Assembly (NCBI GenBank): GCA_036567985.1
Contig: DATCTK010000089.1
Coordinates: 29,375-93,374, forward strand
Direction of reading: 5' to 3'
DNA length: 64,000 nt
Origin: Gammaproteobacteria bacterium
GTDB taxonomy: Bacteria > Pseudomonadota > Gammaproteobacteria > SZUA-229
Both the position numbers and the translations under genes were made by a program. Below are positions 40,012 to 54,304 of this stretch, piece by piece. The notes under the pieces were generated by a model that saw only the letters and a program-made list of their open reading frames with translations, was not told the origin of the DNA and did no database searches. Numbering within the stretch: position 1 is the first letter of the stretch; the number at the start of each line of letters is the position of its first letter.

Positions 40012-41016
40012 CTACGTCCGGGCAGCCAATGCCAGCGCCCCCAGCAAACCAACAGTTTCGTCGGTAATCAGCTTTACCGGCAGGGCCCGCAGGTTATCGC
40101 TCATCAGCCCCTTCTGGGTAAAGGCACTGATAAAGGTCTCGCTGTGCAATGCGGCACTTATCTTGGTTGCAATTCCCCCCGCAATATACACCTCATGCAA
40201 GGGATAGTGATTGAGCACTGCGTTACCCGCAGCCCCGCCATAGATTTCAACGAACAGCTCAAGGGTCTGCTGGCACAATGCATCACGCCCCGCCAGTGCT
40301 GCTTCGCTAATTATCTGTGCGCTGTTCTCGTATGACAGGCGAGCCTCAATATCTGCCGTGGGCTGCAGGCCCAGGTGCTGTTGTAAAAAGCGGTAGATCA
40401 CATAGAAACCGCGGCCGGAGAGAATGCTTTCCAGACTGACATGGGCATTGTCCCCCTGAAGATACGCAAGCAGAGCCGTCTGCAGGGCGGATTCCGGTGC
40501 AAAGCCTGCGTGTCCTGTTTCGGTTGGCAGCACCTGCCAGCCACCATCAATCCATAGCCTGTGGGCCACCCCCAGGCCGGTACCGGCACCGATGACCAGG
40601 GCAGACGGCGGTGTATTGCTGTCGGAGGGTTCACCCTGCTGCAGGGTTTCTATCTGCTGTGGACTTAGCTGATCAATGCCATAACAGACCGCAGTAAAAT
40701 CATTGATCAGCTTCACCCTGCTTATCTGCAACTGCTGTTGCAATGCACGGCCTGAAATCTGCCAGGGCAGATTGGTGACCGAAGTATGGTAGTCCCCCGC
40801 ATGCTGTAATACGGGACCTGCCACCGCAATACAGGCGGCATCCAGTGAACCGGCAGCGTTGCACTCTGCCAGAAAAACCGCCAGTGCCAGATCGAAACGT
40901 GGATAGTCAGCACTGGCATAGCTCTGCTGATGCAATGGTTGCATCCTGTTACCGTCTGGCTGTGCCAGGCAGAACCGTGTATTGGTGCCTCCTACATCTG
41001 CGGCCAGTAGCGGCAT
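40012..41016 (-). CDS. glk: glucokinase
   Basis: Trimmed to MPLLAADVGGTNTRFCLAQ... (334 aa), which is the ROK/glucokinase N-terminal ATP motif. The ORF track extends 46 codons further upstream. Confidence 0.8.
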   Translation of the reverse strand: MPLLAADVGGTNTRFCLAQPDGNRMQPLHQQSYASADYPRFDLALAVFLAECNAAGSLDAACIAVAGPVLQHAGDYHTSVTNLPWQISGRALQQQLQISRVKLINDFTAVCYGIDQLSPQQIETLQQGEPSDSNTPPSALVIGAGTGLGVAHRLWIDGGWQVLPTETGHAGFAPESALQTALLAYLQGDNAHVSLESILSGRGFYVIYRFLQQHLGLQPTADIEARLSYENSAQIISEAALAGRDALCQQTLELFVEIYGGAAGNAVLNHYPLHEVYIAGGIATKISAALHSETFISAFTQKGLMSDNLRALPVKLITDETVGLLGALALAART

Positions 41017-41226
41017 AATGCTCCTCTGCTTCTTAAGTAAAGAATATCTATACGGCAGATTAACCACTATCCAGCATCGACTCAAGAAATTAACGCGGGC
41101 AATTACAACAGGCAATGATCCGCTTATCTGTCCAGCCAAAATATGCTGACGCATCCAGCATGGACACAGCTATGACAAAGTCCGCGGCTTACATTAAACT
41201 AGCCTGACGTTAGAACAGGAAATTAA

Positions 41227-42879
<1,653 letters not shown>

Positions 42880-42972
42880 GCCAGTCATAACGTGACAGAC
42901 TGATTAACTAAAAAGCCATGGTCTGATGCATCAGCCATGGCTTTCTGGTTTTACGCAAGCCGCTGTTAAAGG

Positions 42973-45453
42973 CTATTCAACCACTGGCAGCTTCCAGATA
43001 TCACGGTTGTATTCCTGCATGGTACGATCGGTGGAGAAAAAGCCACTGCAGGCGGTATTCATAATACTCATGCGGGTCCACTGCGCCTGGTTCTGGTAGG
43101 CATGATCCACCTGGTTCTGTGCTTCAATATAGCGCCGGAAGTCCGCCAGCGTTACCCACAGATCACGGGGGTTCATCAGTGAGGCAATCACATTATCGAA
43201 AATACCCGGTTCAAATGAATTGAAGTGACCACAGGTTAACAGGTGCATCACCTGCTTCAGGTCATCATCATTATTAACGATGGCCTGTGGATCGTAATCC
43301 TGGCGTGTCTTTGCCACTTCATCGGCCTTGAGACCAAACAGAAAGAAATTTTCTTCCCCAACCGCATCCAGTATTTCAATATTGGCACCGTCATAGGTAC
43401 CGATGGTAATTGCCCCGTTCATCATAAACTTCATATTGCCAGTGCCCGAGGCTTCCTTACCTGCTGTGGAGATCTGTTCCGATAAATCGGTACCAGGGCA
43501 GATGACCTCCATCTTGGACACCCCGTAATTGGGGATAAAGGCCACCTTAAGCCTGTCACCCACCTGTGTGTCGTTATTCACCATATCAGCGACATTATTA
43601 ATCAGTTTGATAATTGACTTGGCCAGCACATAACCCGGGGCTGCCTTACCACCGATCAATACACAGCGATTGGTCCAGTGTTCGGTATCGCCACGCTTGA
43701 TGCGATTATATAAATGAATCACATGCAATACGTTCAATAGCTGACGTTTGTATTCATGGATACGCTTCACCTGCACATCAAACAGCGCGTCTGGCTTGAA
43801 TTCGACCTGGCATTGTTGTAGAACCAGATCCGCCAGTTGTTGTTTATTGCTCTGTTTAATGGCCCGCCACTGTTTACAGAATTCGGCATCATCAATCAGG
43901 GGCTTGAGTTTTTCCAGCTGTGGAAGATCATTAATCCAGCCCTGACCGATTTTATCGCTGATTAACTGGCTCATCAGTGGGTTGGCATGGGCCACCCAAC
44001 GGCGCGGGGTAACCCCATTGGTTTTATTATTAAACTTGTGCGGCCAGAGCTCGTAAAAATCACGAAACAGACCATCGCTCAATAATTTTGAGTGCAGCGC
44101 AGCCACCCCATTCACCGAGAAACTGGCAACAATTGCAAGGTAGGCCATGCGTACATTTTTAACCGCGCCCTCTTCAATAATCGACATACGAATCTGTTTA
44201 CTGATATCGCCGGGCCATTTGCGCGACACCTCACGTAGAAAGCGAGCATTGATTTCGTAAATGATCTGCAATAAGCGTGGCAGTAATTTTTCAAACAAAG
44301 GCACTGACCATTTTTCCAGCGCTTCCGGCAATAATGTGTGATTAGTATAAGCCATGGTTTGCGTGGTGATGTCCCAGGCCTGTTCCCAGCCCAGCCCTTT
44401 TTCATCCATCAACAAACGCATCAGCTCTGCCACGGCAATAGTGGGATGGGTATCGTTCATCTGGAAGACATTGTGCGCGGCAAAGGCATCGTAGTTATTG
44501 CCTTCGTTCTGCTCCCACATGCGCATTACATCCTGCAGGCTGGCGGAGGCAAGAAAATACTGCTGTTTCAGGCGCAGCTCCTTACCACTTTCACTGGCGT
44601 CATTGGGATAGAGCACCATCGATATATGCTCGGCGTCATTCTTACTGCTCACCGCTTCTGAATAGCTGCCCTGGTTAAAATCACTCAGATCAAATACATT
44701 GGTCGCGGTTGCACTCCACAGACGCAGTGTATTCACCGTGTTATTTTTATAACCGGAGATGGGCACATCATAGGGTATTGCCAGCACATCGGTACTGCTG
44801 ATCCACTGGTGATACATAATCCCTTTGCTATCAGTATGCCGTTCTACATGCCCGCCGAATTTAACTAGCTGGGTGTATTCAGGCCGCTCGATCTCCCAGG
44901 GGTTGCCATCTCTTAACCAGTGGTCCGGTTCCTCTATCTGATGACCATTGTAAATATCCTGACGGAACATGCCATATTCATAACGAATGCCGTAGCCAAT
45001 CACTGGCAACCTCAGGGTTGCACAGCTGTCCATAAAACAGGCAGCAAGCCGACCCAGGCCGCCATTACCCAGGCCTGCATCATGTTCTTCACTGATAATC
45101 TCTTCCAGTTCCAGCGCATAGGCATTCATTGCCTCACGGGCTTCGTGTTTAATATCCAGATTAAGCAGGTGATTACCCAGGGAGCGTCCAATCAGGAATT
45201 CCAGCGACATATAATGTGCTTTGCGCACACCCTTCTGCTCATAGGCTTTCCAGGTATTACGCCAGTCGGTCATAATGTGATCACGAATGGTCAATGACAG
45301 CGCCTCGTACAGATAATTTGTATCGCAACCGACATAGCGTCCCAGATGGCGCGTTAGATAGCGCTCGAAATCATCAGCCAGTGACTCACTGTCAGTGGGT
45401 AAGGGGTCGAGTTCCGGTATATCAATACCGCATAAGGTTTTATTTTTACTCAT
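42973..45453 (-). CDS. glgP: glycogen/maltodextrin phosphorylase
   Basis: 826 aa. GT35 signatures, including the PLP-lysine region EASGTGNMKFMMNGA. Confidence 0.92.
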   Translation of the reverse strand: MSKNKTLCGIDIPELDPLPTDSESLADDFERYLTRHLGRYVGCDTNYLYEALSLTIRDHIMTDWRNTWKAYEQKGVRKAHYMSLEFLIGRSLGNHLLNLDIKHEAREAMNAYALELEEIISEEHDAGLGNGGLGRLAACFMDSCATLRLPVIGYGIRYEYGMFRQDIYNGHQIEEPDHWLRDGNPWEIERPEYTQLVKFGGHVERHTDSKGIMYHQWISSTDVLAIPYDVPISGYKNNTVNTLRLWSATATNVFDLSDFNQGSYSEAVSSKNDAEHISMVLYPNDASESGKELRLKQQYFLASASLQDVMRMWEQNEGNNYDAFAAHNVFQMNDTHPTIAVAELMRLLMDEKGLGWEQAWDITTQTMAYTNHTLLPEALEKWSVPLFEKLLPRLLQIIYEINARFLREVSRKWPGDISKQIRMSIIEEGAVKNVRMAYLAIVASFSVNGVAALHSKLLSDGLFRDFYELWPHKFNNKTNGVTPRRWVAHANPLMSQLISDKIGQGWINDLPQLEKLKPLIDDAEFCKQWRAIKQSNKQQLADLVLQQCQVEFKPDALFDVQVKRIHEYKRQLLNVLHVIHLYNRIKRGDTEHWTNRCVLIGGKAAPGYVLAKSIIKLINNVADMVNNDTQVGDRLKVAFIPNYGVSKMEVICPGTDLSEQISTAGKEASGTGNMKFMMNGAITIGTYDGANIEILDAVGEENFFLFGLKADEVAKTRQDYDPQAIVNNDDDLKQVMHLLTCGHFNSFEPGIFDNVIASLMNPRDLWVTLADFRRYIEAQNQVDHAYQNQAQWTRMSIMNTACSGFFSTDRTMQEYNRDIWKLPVVE

Positions 45454-45454
45454 C

Positions 45455-46951
45455 TTACAACCTCTGGTAAATCGTCATTAATTGCTTAATCTGTTGATTA
45501 AAATCTGCATCAAACTGTGGCCACTCGAAACGCCAGTGCCAGTTGCCGCCCAGGGTGCCCGGGGTATTCATACGTGCGTGACTGTCGAGTTTAAGAATAT
45601 CCTGTAATGGAATCACGCACAGAAAAGACACCGAAGCCATCGCCAGACGAATCATGCATAGCAACCTATCCTTATCGCTGAGTTTTGTTGTTGCCGTATA
45701 ATCACTGAAAAACTCAGTATTATAATTGGCTGTATTCTGCAACCAGCCCAGGGTGGTGTCATTGTCATGGGTACCGGTGTAGATCAAATCATTGGGCAAA
45801 TGCGCATGGGGTAGATGTGGATTATGGCTGTTGCCATCAAAAGCAAACTGCAATACCTTCATGCCGGGCAGGCAAAAATGATTTTTTAATGCAATCACTT
45901 CATCCGTTATTACGCCGAGGTCTTCTGCTACCAGTGGCATATCACTGAAGGCACTAAACAGTTCATTTATCATCTGTCGACCAGGTACTTCAACCCATTC
46001 ACCGTTAATTGCGGTTTCATCGCTGGCAGGTATATACCAGCAGGCCTGAAGTCCACGAAAGTGATCGATGCGAATCATATCGAATAACTCAAGCTGGGTA
46101 TTGAACCGCTGTTTCCACCATTCAAAATTGCTCGACTGCATATAGTCCCAGTTGTATAGCGGATTACCCCAGCGTTGCCCGGTATCCGAAAAGGCATCTG
46201 GCGGCACCCCGGCGACATACTCTACTTCGCCGTTCTCATCCATTAAAAAATTTTCTTTTTGCGCCCACACATCGGCGCTGTCGGCAGCAACAAAAATCGG
46301 CATATCACCAAACAGCTCCACATTATGCTGTTTTGCATAATCACGAATTTCATGCCACTGGGTAAAAAACACAAACTGTTCAAACAGCGTTTGTGAAATA
46401 ACAGATGCCAGTTCCTCGCGCACGGTTTGCAATACCTGCAAATCACGGTGTCGTTCCTGCAGCGGCCAGCTGGTCCATGTCTGGCCCTGATTACGCGCTT
46501 TTAATGCAACAAACAAGCTGTAGTCATCCAGCCAGTGCCAGTGTTTTAACCTGAATTCCTCAAATCGTTTCAGCCAGGACTCACTGGCTGTCGTATAAAA
46601 CTGTTGTCCGGCCTGTTGCAGACACGCCAGTCGATAGCCATCGGCGCTTTCATCCAGCGTTATTTTTTCCAGATCAAGCCAGCCTTTATCCACCAGCCAG
46701 TCGAGACTGATCAGAAACGGATTACCTGCATGGGATGACAGACACTGATAAGGCGATTTATCTTCATGGGTTGGGCCCAGTGGCAACATCTGCCACACCC
46801 GATAGCCCTGCTGCTGCAGGAACTCGATAAAGCGATAGGCATCATGCCCCATATCACCGTTATCGCCACGCCCGGGAAGTGAAGTCGGGTGCAATAACAC
46901 ACCGGCACGGCGTGCCCTGTTTACTCCCCCGGCTGCGGTAGACTGGTTCAT
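45455..46951 (-). CDS. malQ: 4-alpha-glucanotransferase (amylomaltase, GH77)
   Basis: 498 aa with GH77 conserved blocks (GVLLHPTSLPG, IRIDHFRG, EDLG). Confidence 0.88.
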   Translation of the reverse strand: MNQSTAAGGVNRARRAGVLLHPTSLPGRGDNGDMGHDAYRFIEFLQQQGYRVWQMLPLGPTHEDKSPYQCLSSHAGNPFLISLDWLVDKGWLDLEKITLDESADGYRLACLQQAGQQFYTTASESWLKRFEEFRLKHWHWLDDYSLFVALKARNQGQTWTSWPLQERHRDLQVLQTVREELASVISQTLFEQFVFFTQWHEIRDYAKQHNVELFGDMPIFVAADSADVWAQKENFLMDENGEVEYVAGVPPDAFSDTGQRWGNPLYNWDYMQSSNFEWWKQRFNTQLELFDMIRIDHFRGLQACWYIPASDETAINGEWVEVPGRQMINELFSAFSDMPLVAEDLGVITDEVIALKNHFCLPGMKVLQFAFDGNSHNPHLPHAHLPNDLIYTGTHDNDTTLGWLQNTANYNTEFFSDYTATTKLSDKDRLLCMIRLAMASVSFLCVIPLQDILKLDSHARMNTPGTLGGNWHWRFEWPQFDADFNQQIKQLMTIYQRL

Positions 46952-48654
46952 GGCTGGTGCTGCCCTGGCAACATGGTGCCCGACTGTTGCGTATCGCTAC
47001 TGCCGAATGAAAATGCATGGGCCAGGTATTCCGGCGGTTCGAGTTTTAAAATCTGGTACAGATTACTTAGATGCAGGCGATACTGCTCATCAAATGCTTC
47101 CACTGATTCCGCCGAATTATATTCACCGAACCACCAGAACCAGTCGGAACTCTCGCAGGTCGCCAGCTGCATTTCCGCTGCACTGCGTTCATCATCTGCC
47201 AGGGTCGAGCCGGCCATGACCCTGTCATAGGCCTGCTTGGCTTCGATGAGCATATCCCAGGCACGGTTTTTATCCTCCTCACCTATCCAGGTTGAGAAGG
47301 TGCCGTATACCCAGCTGCCGGCAACGATTTCGCTGAGTACAGTGGGTTCGGCCGGCTGTTGCAGATAATCACTGTAGGTGGTGAGGTTTAATGAGGGGTG
47401 CTGACTCAGCTTGTCATAAAGCGCGGTTAAAAAATGATAACCATTCTGCGGATAGTATTCCCAGGCATTTTCACCATCGAGAATAATCGACACAATGGCA
47501 TTGTTCTGTGTGGCACATTTTTCCGCAATGCTTTCCAGGTGGCTAATCAGGTTGGCCACTGCATCATCCGCATGCCAGTCGGAATATTTAAAGCCGATTA
47601 AATCAGACAGACCATCATCACGAAAGAAACAATGAGTTTTTGTGCCCTGCAATTGATATGCGCTATGAATGCAGTCGCCCGCTTCAATAGAAGATTTTTG
47701 TAATGAATGGCGTAATACGGTTTCGCCACTGGCCATCCATTTGATATTGAGCTGGTCACAAAGCTCAATGGTTTCACGGCTGATACTGCCTTCGGACGGC
47801 CAGCAGCCGGCGGGATCAAAACCGAAGTAGTGCCTGAATGTCTGTATTCCCTTCTGCAAATGCCAGCGGCTGCGTTCCAGCCCGCCGGGGTAATGCCGAG
47901 CCTGGGGCAGTGCAGCATCCGGCATGGCCTGCTGAGCCGATTCAATATCAATTAACAGTGGCACAATCGGGTGCGCATAGGGTGTCATTGACAGTTCAAT
48001 GCGCCCCTGCTGTGCGAGTTTTTTATAACGCCCGATTACACTGCTGATGATTTCACTGTACACCTCAATCAGTGTGTGGCGATCGTGCATGGTAAAATGC
48101 TGTGCTTTATTTATCAGCGCCTGAATGCGCGAGTCATTTTCAATTACGGTTTCTGCAGTCCAGGCCAGGTGGTACCAGACCAGCAGATCCGCGAAATATT
48201 GCTCCGAGTAATAATTCAGCACCGCCTTGTTCAACAGGGCTTTTTTACCCATATTGGCAAGCATTTTAAATACGCTATAGCGTTTAATCAGTCGCTGCTC
48301 GTTGGCACGCAGACAGGACTTAACAATCAGTGCACGTCGTTCTTCACCCAGCTTCATTACCGGGTCGGCCAGTGAAGCCAGTAATGGGTCACGCAATGCC
48401 TTGCCGTGATTCAGGTACTCGTTTAACTGCTGTGCATAGTCATCTATCTGCTCTAGCAATACCGGCGCAAAGTTCACCACGGCTTTTGCCTGCGGACAGT
48501 TTTCCAGGTGACTCACCATATCCACATAATCTTTTATGGTATGCAGATATGTCCAGGGCAAATGATATTCGCCATTACGCAGGTCGCGGTATTCAGGCTG
48601 ATGCATGTGCCAGTAGAGTACCACATTGAGTTTTTGCGCGGGCTTATCTGACAT
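46948..48654 (-). CDS. glycoside hydrolase family 57 protein (GH57 alpha-glucan-active enzyme, branching-enzyme-like)
   Basis: 568 aa. N-terminal [13 protein letters not shown] (GH57 HQP motif) and further GH57 blocks. It overlaps malQ by 4 nt within the glg operon. Confidence 0.75.
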   Translation of the reverse strand: MSDKPAQKLNVVLYWHMHQPEYRDLRNGEYHLPWTYLHTIKDYVDMVSHLENCPQAKAVVNFAPVLLEQIDDYAQQLNEYLNHGKALRDPLLASLADPVMKLGEERRALIVKSCLRANEQRLIKRYSVFKMLANMGKKALLNKAVLNYYSEQYFADLLVWYHLAWTAETVIENDSRIQALINKAQHFTMHDRHTLIEVYSEIISSVIGRYKKLAQQGRIELSMTPYAHPIVPLLIDIESAQQAMPDAALPQARHYPGGLERSRWHLQKGIQTFRHYFGFDPAGCWPSEGSISRETIELCDQLNIKWMASGETVLRHSLQKSSIEAGDCIHSAYQLQGTKTHCFFRDDGLSDLIGFKYSDWHADDAVANLISHLESIAEKCATQNNAIVSIILDGENAWEYYPQNGYHFLTALYDKLSQHPSLNLTTYSDYLQQPAEPTVLSEIVAGSWVYGTFSTWIGEEDKNRAWDMLIEAKQAYDRVMAGSTLADDERSAAEMQLATCESSDWFWWFGEYNSAESVEAFDEQYRLHLSNLYQILKLEPPEYLAHAFSFGSSDTQQSGTMLPGQHQP

Positions 48655-49918
48655 AATGCAGTGTCTGTCCTAACATATCCGGTGTAACCAGTACCACGCC
48701 GTTGGGTGAAACATAATAACGCTCTGCATCCTCCTCGGCATTCTCACCAATCACCGTGCCGTCTTTTATATCGCAGCCCTTGTCAATCACCGCATGCTTT
48801 ATCACGCAGTTCTTGCCGATGCGCACATTAGGCAATACCACAGAGGAATCAATTACGCTGTAATCGGCAACCGTTACATTGGAGAATAGTAAGGAGTGGC
48901 ACACATGAGCGCCGGAAATAATACAACCGCCGGAGACCATCGAATCCACGGCCATACCTCGGCGGTCGTCATCATCGAAAATAAATTTTGCCGGTGGCAA
49001 CTGTTCCTGGCTGGTCCAGATAGGCCAGTCCTCATCATACAGATTGAGCTCGGGAGTGACACCGATCAACTCAAGATTGGCTTCCCAGAACGAGTCGATG
49101 GTACCCACATCACGCCAGTAGGATTGAATACCACTGTCGGCATCCTTGAATGGATAGGCAAACACCCGATATTTCTCAATCGCATAGGGCAAAATGTTTT
49201 TACCAAAGTCGTGACTCGAATCTTTGGTGTCCGCGTCACGAATCAATAGCTCGAATAGCAGATCGGTATTGAAGATATAAATACCCATCGAGCACAGTGC
49301 CTCATCCGGTCGACCCGGCATGGCTTTGGGATTTTGCGGTTTTTCCGCAAATTCTTTAATACGCAAATCCTTGTTCACCGACATCACGCCGAAGGCGGAT
49401 GCCTTGTCAATTTCCACGCCAATACAACCTACGGTGACATCCGCCTTGCTTTCAACGTGCTTGGCAAGCATGTCACCATAGTCCATTTTATAAATGTGAT
49501 CCCCCGCCAGAATCAGTACATGATCCGGCGAGTGACTGCGAATAATGTCCAGGTTCTGATAAATCGAGTCAGCAGTGCCCGAATACCATGAGGCTTCTAT
49601 GCGCTGCTGTGCCGGTAGCAGTTCAACAAACTCGCCAAACTCACCGCGCAGGTGTCCCCAGCCTTTCTGGATATGACGAATCAACGAATGCGCCTTGTAC
49701 TGGGTTAACACACCGATACGACGAATTCCGGAGTTAATGCAGTTGGACAGGGGAAAATCGATAATGCGAAATTTGCCACCAAAGGGCACTGCGGGTTTGG
49801 CGCGCCAGATGGTCAGGTGCTTGAGACGCTCGCCTCGCCCGCCAGCCATAATCAATGCCAGGGTGTTGCGCGTGAGGTTACTGATGTAACGTGGTGACTT
49901 TTTTGGCTTCATATACAT
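48644..49918 (-). CDS. glgC: glucose-1-phosphate adenylyltransferase
   Basis: Start taken as MYMKPKK... (49912 is also possible). A strong match to enterobacterial GlgC throughout ([56 protein letters not shown]..., C-terminal LbH repeats). Confidence 0.92.
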   Translation of the reverse strand: MYMKPKKSPRYISNLTRNTLALIMAGGRGERLKHLTIWRAKPAVPFGGKFRIIDFPLSNCINSGIRRIGVLTQYKAHSLIRHIQKGWGHLRGEFGEFVELLPAQQRIEASWYSGTADSIYQNLDIIRSHSPDHVLILAGDHIYKMDYGDMLAKHVESKADVTVGCIGVEIDKASAFGVMSVNKDLRIKEFAEKPQNPKAMPGRPDEALCSMGIYIFNTDLLFELLIRDADTKDSSHDFGKNILPYAIEKYRVFAYPFKDADSGIQSYWRDVGTIDSFWEANLELIGVTPELNLYDEDWPIWTSQEQLPPAKFIFDDDDRRGMAVDSMVSGGCIISGAHVCHSLLFSNVTVADYSVIDSSVVLPNVRIGKNCVIKHAVIDKGCDIKDGTVIGENAEEDAERYYVSPNGVVLVTPDMLGQTLHYVR

Positions 49919-50409
49919 TTGCTCTCGTTTCAATCCTTTAAAAAACGCCCGATACCGGCAACTGTATGGTAACTGATCTGACTGACACACACTGTTACCG
50001 AATTATGAATGCAACATACAGGCCATTCTGTGCGATATACAACTGCAGCAATATCCGCTATTACAGCGGATGGCTGCGCCCAACCTGTGCAAGCGCTGTT
50101 CAGGGACGACACAATTGCCTTATTTGGGTGCGCGCCCCGGTTTTTATAGCAAATAGTCTACGCCTAAACCAGCAGGAAGCCAGCGTTGCGGCGCTATATA
50201 ATTCATTATTCAGGTATTATTCAGGCCTGGACTGCTCAGGGCAAACAGATCGATTGTGCACAAAACTTGCTGGTATGCTTTATAGTGCATGACGACAGTT
50301 TCAGGCCAGCGAAGTCAGTTAAAATCTCTGTTACTATGAACCGTCTGTAATTAAGATCGAACCTAAACCCCGGCCTTCGCCTACCGCAGGCCATTACACA
50401 GTAGCCCAT

Positions 50410-52596
50410 ATGATTTCCAGTCGCATCAAAGACAGCATAGACCCGAATGCCCTGCAGCAAATTGCCGAGGCACGGCATCATGATCCATTCAGTCTACTTG
50501 GTAACCAGACGGCTCATGCCGATGTGTTTCTACTGGCCTATGCGCCGGACACAAAGGACCTGCAAATCATCGAAACGCAGCAGTCGGGCCAGCGCCTTGA
50601 GTCCAGCGACTTTTTTGTGTTTGATCTGCAGCAGCAAACACTGCCCGGCCATTACCGCTTCAGGCGCTGTGATAACCAGGATCAGCTCAACGAGTATTAC
50701 GACCCCTACAGTTTTTCTCCACAGATAGGCGAACTGGATCTGCACCTGTTTGGAGAAGGCAGACACCTGCATATTTATCGCCAGCTTGGGGCTCATCCGG
50801 TACAGATTGATGGCATCGATGGTATCCGTTTCGCCACCTGGGCACCCAATGCCTCGGCGGTGAGTGTATGTGGTGACTTCAATCACTGGGACAACCGACG
50901 CCATCCGATGCGCTGTCACGGCAGCAGCGGCGTATGGGAATTATTTATTCCGGGATTACCGGCCGGCACGCTGTATAAATTCGCCATCCGCAATCGTCAC
51001 AGCGGCCATATACTGTTCAAATCCGACCCCTATGCCCAGCAACTGGAGATGCGCCCCCACACCGCCTCGGTGGTGCGCGATGATACAGCCTATCAATGGC
51101 AGGATCAGGCCTGGCTGCAACAGCGTGAAGCCTTCGACTGGTTACATCAGCCACTCTCGATCTACGAATGCCACCTGGGTTCCTGGCAACGGGATGATCA
51201 GGGTGACTTTCTTAATTACCGTGAACTGGCGCATCGACTGGTGGATTACGTCAAACCACTGGGGTTCAGCCATATCGAACTGCTGCCGATAACCGAACAC
51301 CCGCTGGATGCCTCCTGGGGCTACCAGACCACCGGTTACTTTGCCCCCACCCGACGCTTCGGCGAAGCCAGTGATTTTCGCTATTTCGTGGATTACTGCC
51401 ACCAGCATGACATAGGCGTGATTCTCGACTGGGTGCCGGCGCATTTTCCCAAGGACGAGCACGGCCTGGCCCGTTACGATGGCAGCCCATTATATGAACA
51501 CGAAGACCCGCGCCGGGGTGAGCACCGGGACTGGGGCACACTGATTTACAACTATGGGCGTAATGAAGTTAAAAACTTTCTGATCTCCAGCGCGATCTTC
51601 TGGCTGGAAGAGTTCCACCTGGATGGCCTGCGCGTGGATGCGGTTGCCTCCATGCTGTACCTGGATTATTCCCGCAATGCCGACGACTGGATTCCCAACC
51701 AGCATGGCGGCAATGAAAATATCGAGGCCATTGAGTTTTTGCGTGAACTGAACAGCGCCACCCATGCCCACTTTCCCGGCACGCTGATTATGGCGGAGGA
51801 ATCCACCGCCTGGCCACAGGTAACCCGCCCGGTGACACTGGGTGGTCTGGGCTTTAGTATGAAATGGAATATGGGCTGGATGCACGACACCCTGAACTAC
51901 CTGGCCCATGACCCGATTTATCGCCATTACCATCACGACAAACTGACCTTTGGCCTGCTCTACCTGTTCAGTGAAAATTTTGTACTGCCGTTTTCACACG
52001 ATGAAGTGGTTCACGGCAAGGGCTCGATGATTAATAAAATGCCCGGTGATGAATGGCAGCGTTTCGCCAACCTGCGCCTGCTCTACAGCTATATGTTCAG
52101 CTATCCCGGCAAGAAGCTGCTGTTTATGGGCTGTGAATTTGCCCAGGGTTATGAATGGAATCACGACACCCCCCTCGACTGGCCCTTACTGCAATACCCC
52201 AACCACAGTGGCATCAAGCAACTGGTAACCGATTTAAATACACTTTACCGGCAACAGCCAGCACTGCATCAATATGATTTTGATCACATGGGGTTTGAAT
52301 GGATTGACTGTCACGATACCGACCAGTCGGTACTCTCCTATTTACGCAAAAGCGATCAGCAGCAGATTGTGGTGATACTCAACTTCACCCCGGTAATTCG
52401 CCACGCTTACCGCATTGGTGTACCGCAAGCGGGGGAGTATGAAATACTCTTTAACTCCGACTCACACTTTTATGCAGGCAGTGACGCCGGTGGTGCTGAT
52501 AAAATCCACACAGAAGACCAGCCCTGGATGAACCGCCCGGTGTCACTGGAACTGACCCTGCCGCCACTTGGCGCACTGATGCTAAAAAAAGTCTGA
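50410..52596 (+). CDS. glgB: 1,4-alpha-glucan branching enzyme (GH13)
   Basis: 728 aa. GH13 catalytic blocks ([43 protein letters not shown]). Confidence 0.92.
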   Translation: MISSRIKDSIDPNALQQIAEARHHDPFSLLGNQTAHADVFLLAYAPDTKDLQIIETQQSGQRLESSDFFVFDLQQQTLPGHYRFRRCDNQDQLNEYYDPYSFSPQIGELDLHLFGEGRHLHIYRQLGAHPVQIDGIDGIRFATWAPNASAVSVCGDFNHWDNRRHPMRCHGSSGVWELFIPGLPAGTLYKFAIRNRHSGHILFKSDPYAQQLEMRPHTASVVRDDTAYQWQDQAWLQQREAFDWLHQPLSIYECHLGSWQRDDQGDFLNYRELAHRLVDYVKPLGFSHIELLPITEHPLDASWGYQTTGYFAPTRRFGEASDFRYFVDYCHQHDIGVILDWVPAHFPKDEHGLARYDGSPLYEHEDPRRGEHRDWGTLIYNYGRNEVKNFLISSAIFWLEEFHLDGLRVDAVASMLYLDYSRNADDWIPNQHGGNENIEAIEFLRELNSATHAHFPGTLIMAEESTAWPQVTRPVTLGGLGFSMKWNMGWMHDTLNYLAHDPIYRHYHHDKLTFGLLYLFSENFVLPFSHDEVVHGKGSMINKMPGDEWQRFANLRLLYSYMFSYPGKKLLFMGCEFAQGYEWNHDTPLDWPLLQYPNHSGIKQLVTDLNTLYRQQPALHQYDFDHMGFEWIDCHDTDQSVLSYLRKSDQQQIVVILNFTPVIRHAYRIGVPQAGEYEILFNSDSHFYAGSDAGGADKIHTEDQPWMNRPVSLELTLPPLGALMLKKV

Positions 52597-52625
52597 TCGT
52601 TTATTTTCCCGGTGCCTAATAAATC

Positions 52626-54080
52626 ATGAATAAAATTCTGTATATCAGCAGTGAAGCCTTCCCACTGGTAAAAACCGGCGGCCTTGCGGATGTCGCCGGC
52701 AGTCTGCCAGTCGCGGTCAAGCAACATGCACAGGATATTCGCCTGTGTCTGCCCGCCTACCCGGAAGTGATCAGCAAACTCAAGCACTATGATGTACGTA
52801 CAGAAACCCGCTATTACAATCAATCGGTGCGCATTTTACAAAGCACCTTACCCGGCAGCGATGTCACCCTGTGGCTGGTGGACTGCCCCAGCCTGTTTAT
52901 GCGCCCCGGCGGCCCCTACTCAGATGCACACGGACATGAATGGCACGATAATGCACTGCGTTTTGCAGTGTTTTGTCGAGCGGCGGCAGACATTGCTCGG
53001 GATCAGTTACAACTCGACTGGGCAGCGGATATTGTGCACTGCAACGACTGGCAAAGCGGGCTGGTACCTGCGTTTCTAGAACAACACACAGATCGCCCGG
53101 CGAGCGTATTTACCATTCATAACCTGGCCTACCAGGGGCTGTTTAATCAGCAGACCTTTTATGATCTGAACCTGCCCCCTGAACTGTGGCACTTTAATGC
53201 ACTGGAGTTTTACGGTCAGTTATCCTTTATCAAGGGTGGACTTGTGTTCGCCGACAAACTCACCACCGTCAGCCCCAACTATGCGCGGGAAATCTGTCTG
53301 CCGGAGTTTGGCTATGGACTGGACGGTTTGCTGCGCTACCGCGAAGACGATTTACTGGGCATATTAAACGGTATAGATCATCAACACTGGGACCCACAAA
53401 CCGATCATCACCTGCCCCATCATTACAATAGCCGTAGCCTGGATAACAAAACTCTCAACAAACTGGCATTACAGAAAAAGCTGGGGCTTGAGGAAGATGC
53501 GGAGATTCCCATGCTGGGCATGGTGAGTCGACTGGTGGAACAGAAAGGCCTGGAAATTATTCTGCAATGTCTGCCGCTACTGCAACACAAGCCATTACAA
53601 CTGGTGATACTGGGCACCGGGGAACTGCATTATGAAATTCAGTTAGCGGAATTTGCGCAACAGCACCCGCACAAAGTGTCGGTCACTATCGGTTATAACG
53701 AAGCCCTGGCACATCAGATCGAAGCCGCCAGCGACCTCTACCTGATGCCCTCAAGTTTTGAACCCTGTGGCTTAAACCAGCTGTACAGTCTACGTTACGG
53801 TACACTGCCCATTGTTAATGCAGTAGGTGGACTGGCGGATACCGTGGTGCATGCCAGCGAACAGAACCGAAAACGCAAAACTGCCAATGGCTTTGTGCTG
53901 CAAAACTATTCATCCGCCGCGCTGCTGGATACAATTGACCAGGCCTGTGCCCTGTTCCCACAAAAAAAGCTGTGGCAACAGTTACAGATCAATGGCATGA
54001 AGTGCGATCATTCCTGGGATAACCGCGCACAGCATTACATTACACTCTACGACAGCCTGCTCTGTGAAAAGCGCGTTTAG
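52626..54080 (+). CDS. glgA: glycogen synthase (ADP-glucose type, GT5)
   Basis: 484 aa. N-terminal KTGGLADV motif and GT-B C-terminal blocks (PSSFEPCGLNQLYSLRYGTLPIV). Confidence 0.92.
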   Translation: MNKILYISSEAFPLVKTGGLADVAGSLPVAVKQHAQDIRLCLPAYPEVISKLKHYDVRTETRYYNQSVRILQSTLPGSDVTLWLVDCPSLFMRPGGPYSDAHGHEWHDNALRFAVFCRAAADIARDQLQLDWAADIVHCNDWQSGLVPAFLEQHTDRPASVFTIHNLAYQGLFNQQTFYDLNLPPELWHFNALEFYGQLSFIKGGLVFADKLTTVSPNYAREICLPEFGYGLDGLLRYREDDLLGILNGIDHQHWDPQTDHHLPHHYNSRSLDNKTLNKLALQKKLGLEEDAEIPMLGMVSRLVEQKGLEIILQCLPLLQHKPLQLVILGTGELHYEIQLAEFAQQHPHKVSVTIGYNEALAHQIEAASDLYLMPSSFEPCGLNQLYSLRYGTLPIVNAVGGLADTVVHASEQNRKRKTANGFVLQNYSSAALLDTIDQACALFPQKKLWQQLQINGMKCDHSWDNRAQHYITLYDSLLCEKRV

Positions 54081-54100
54081 AGTTCTGTTATGTGATGCTG

Positions 54101-54304
54101 TCAGCTTTTCAGTTTTTTCGCCGAGCTAAAGCAGTCGTCACGCCATAAACAGTTGTACTGATCACACACTCCGTCGCGCGCCGTGGCAAAACAGCCGAAG
54201 TTACCTTCACTGAGCTGTATAGTTTTAACCAGCTCTACCTTGCTCATGCGTGATGGTTTAATGCCATGATCTTTGGCGATGGTTTTTATATCCTGCATAT
54301 TCAT
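54101..54304 (-). CDS. small protein with a Rho_N-like N-terminal domain and a C-terminal Cys cluster
   Basis: 67 aa. MQDIKTIAKDHGIKPSRMSKVELVKTIQ resembles the Rho termination factor N-terminal (SAP-like) motif. C-terminal C-x6-C-x4-C-x6-C. Confidence 0.45.
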   Translation of the reverse strand: MNMQDIKTIAKDHGIKPSRMSKVELVKTIQLSEGNFGCFATARDGVCDQYNCLWRDDCFSSAKKLKS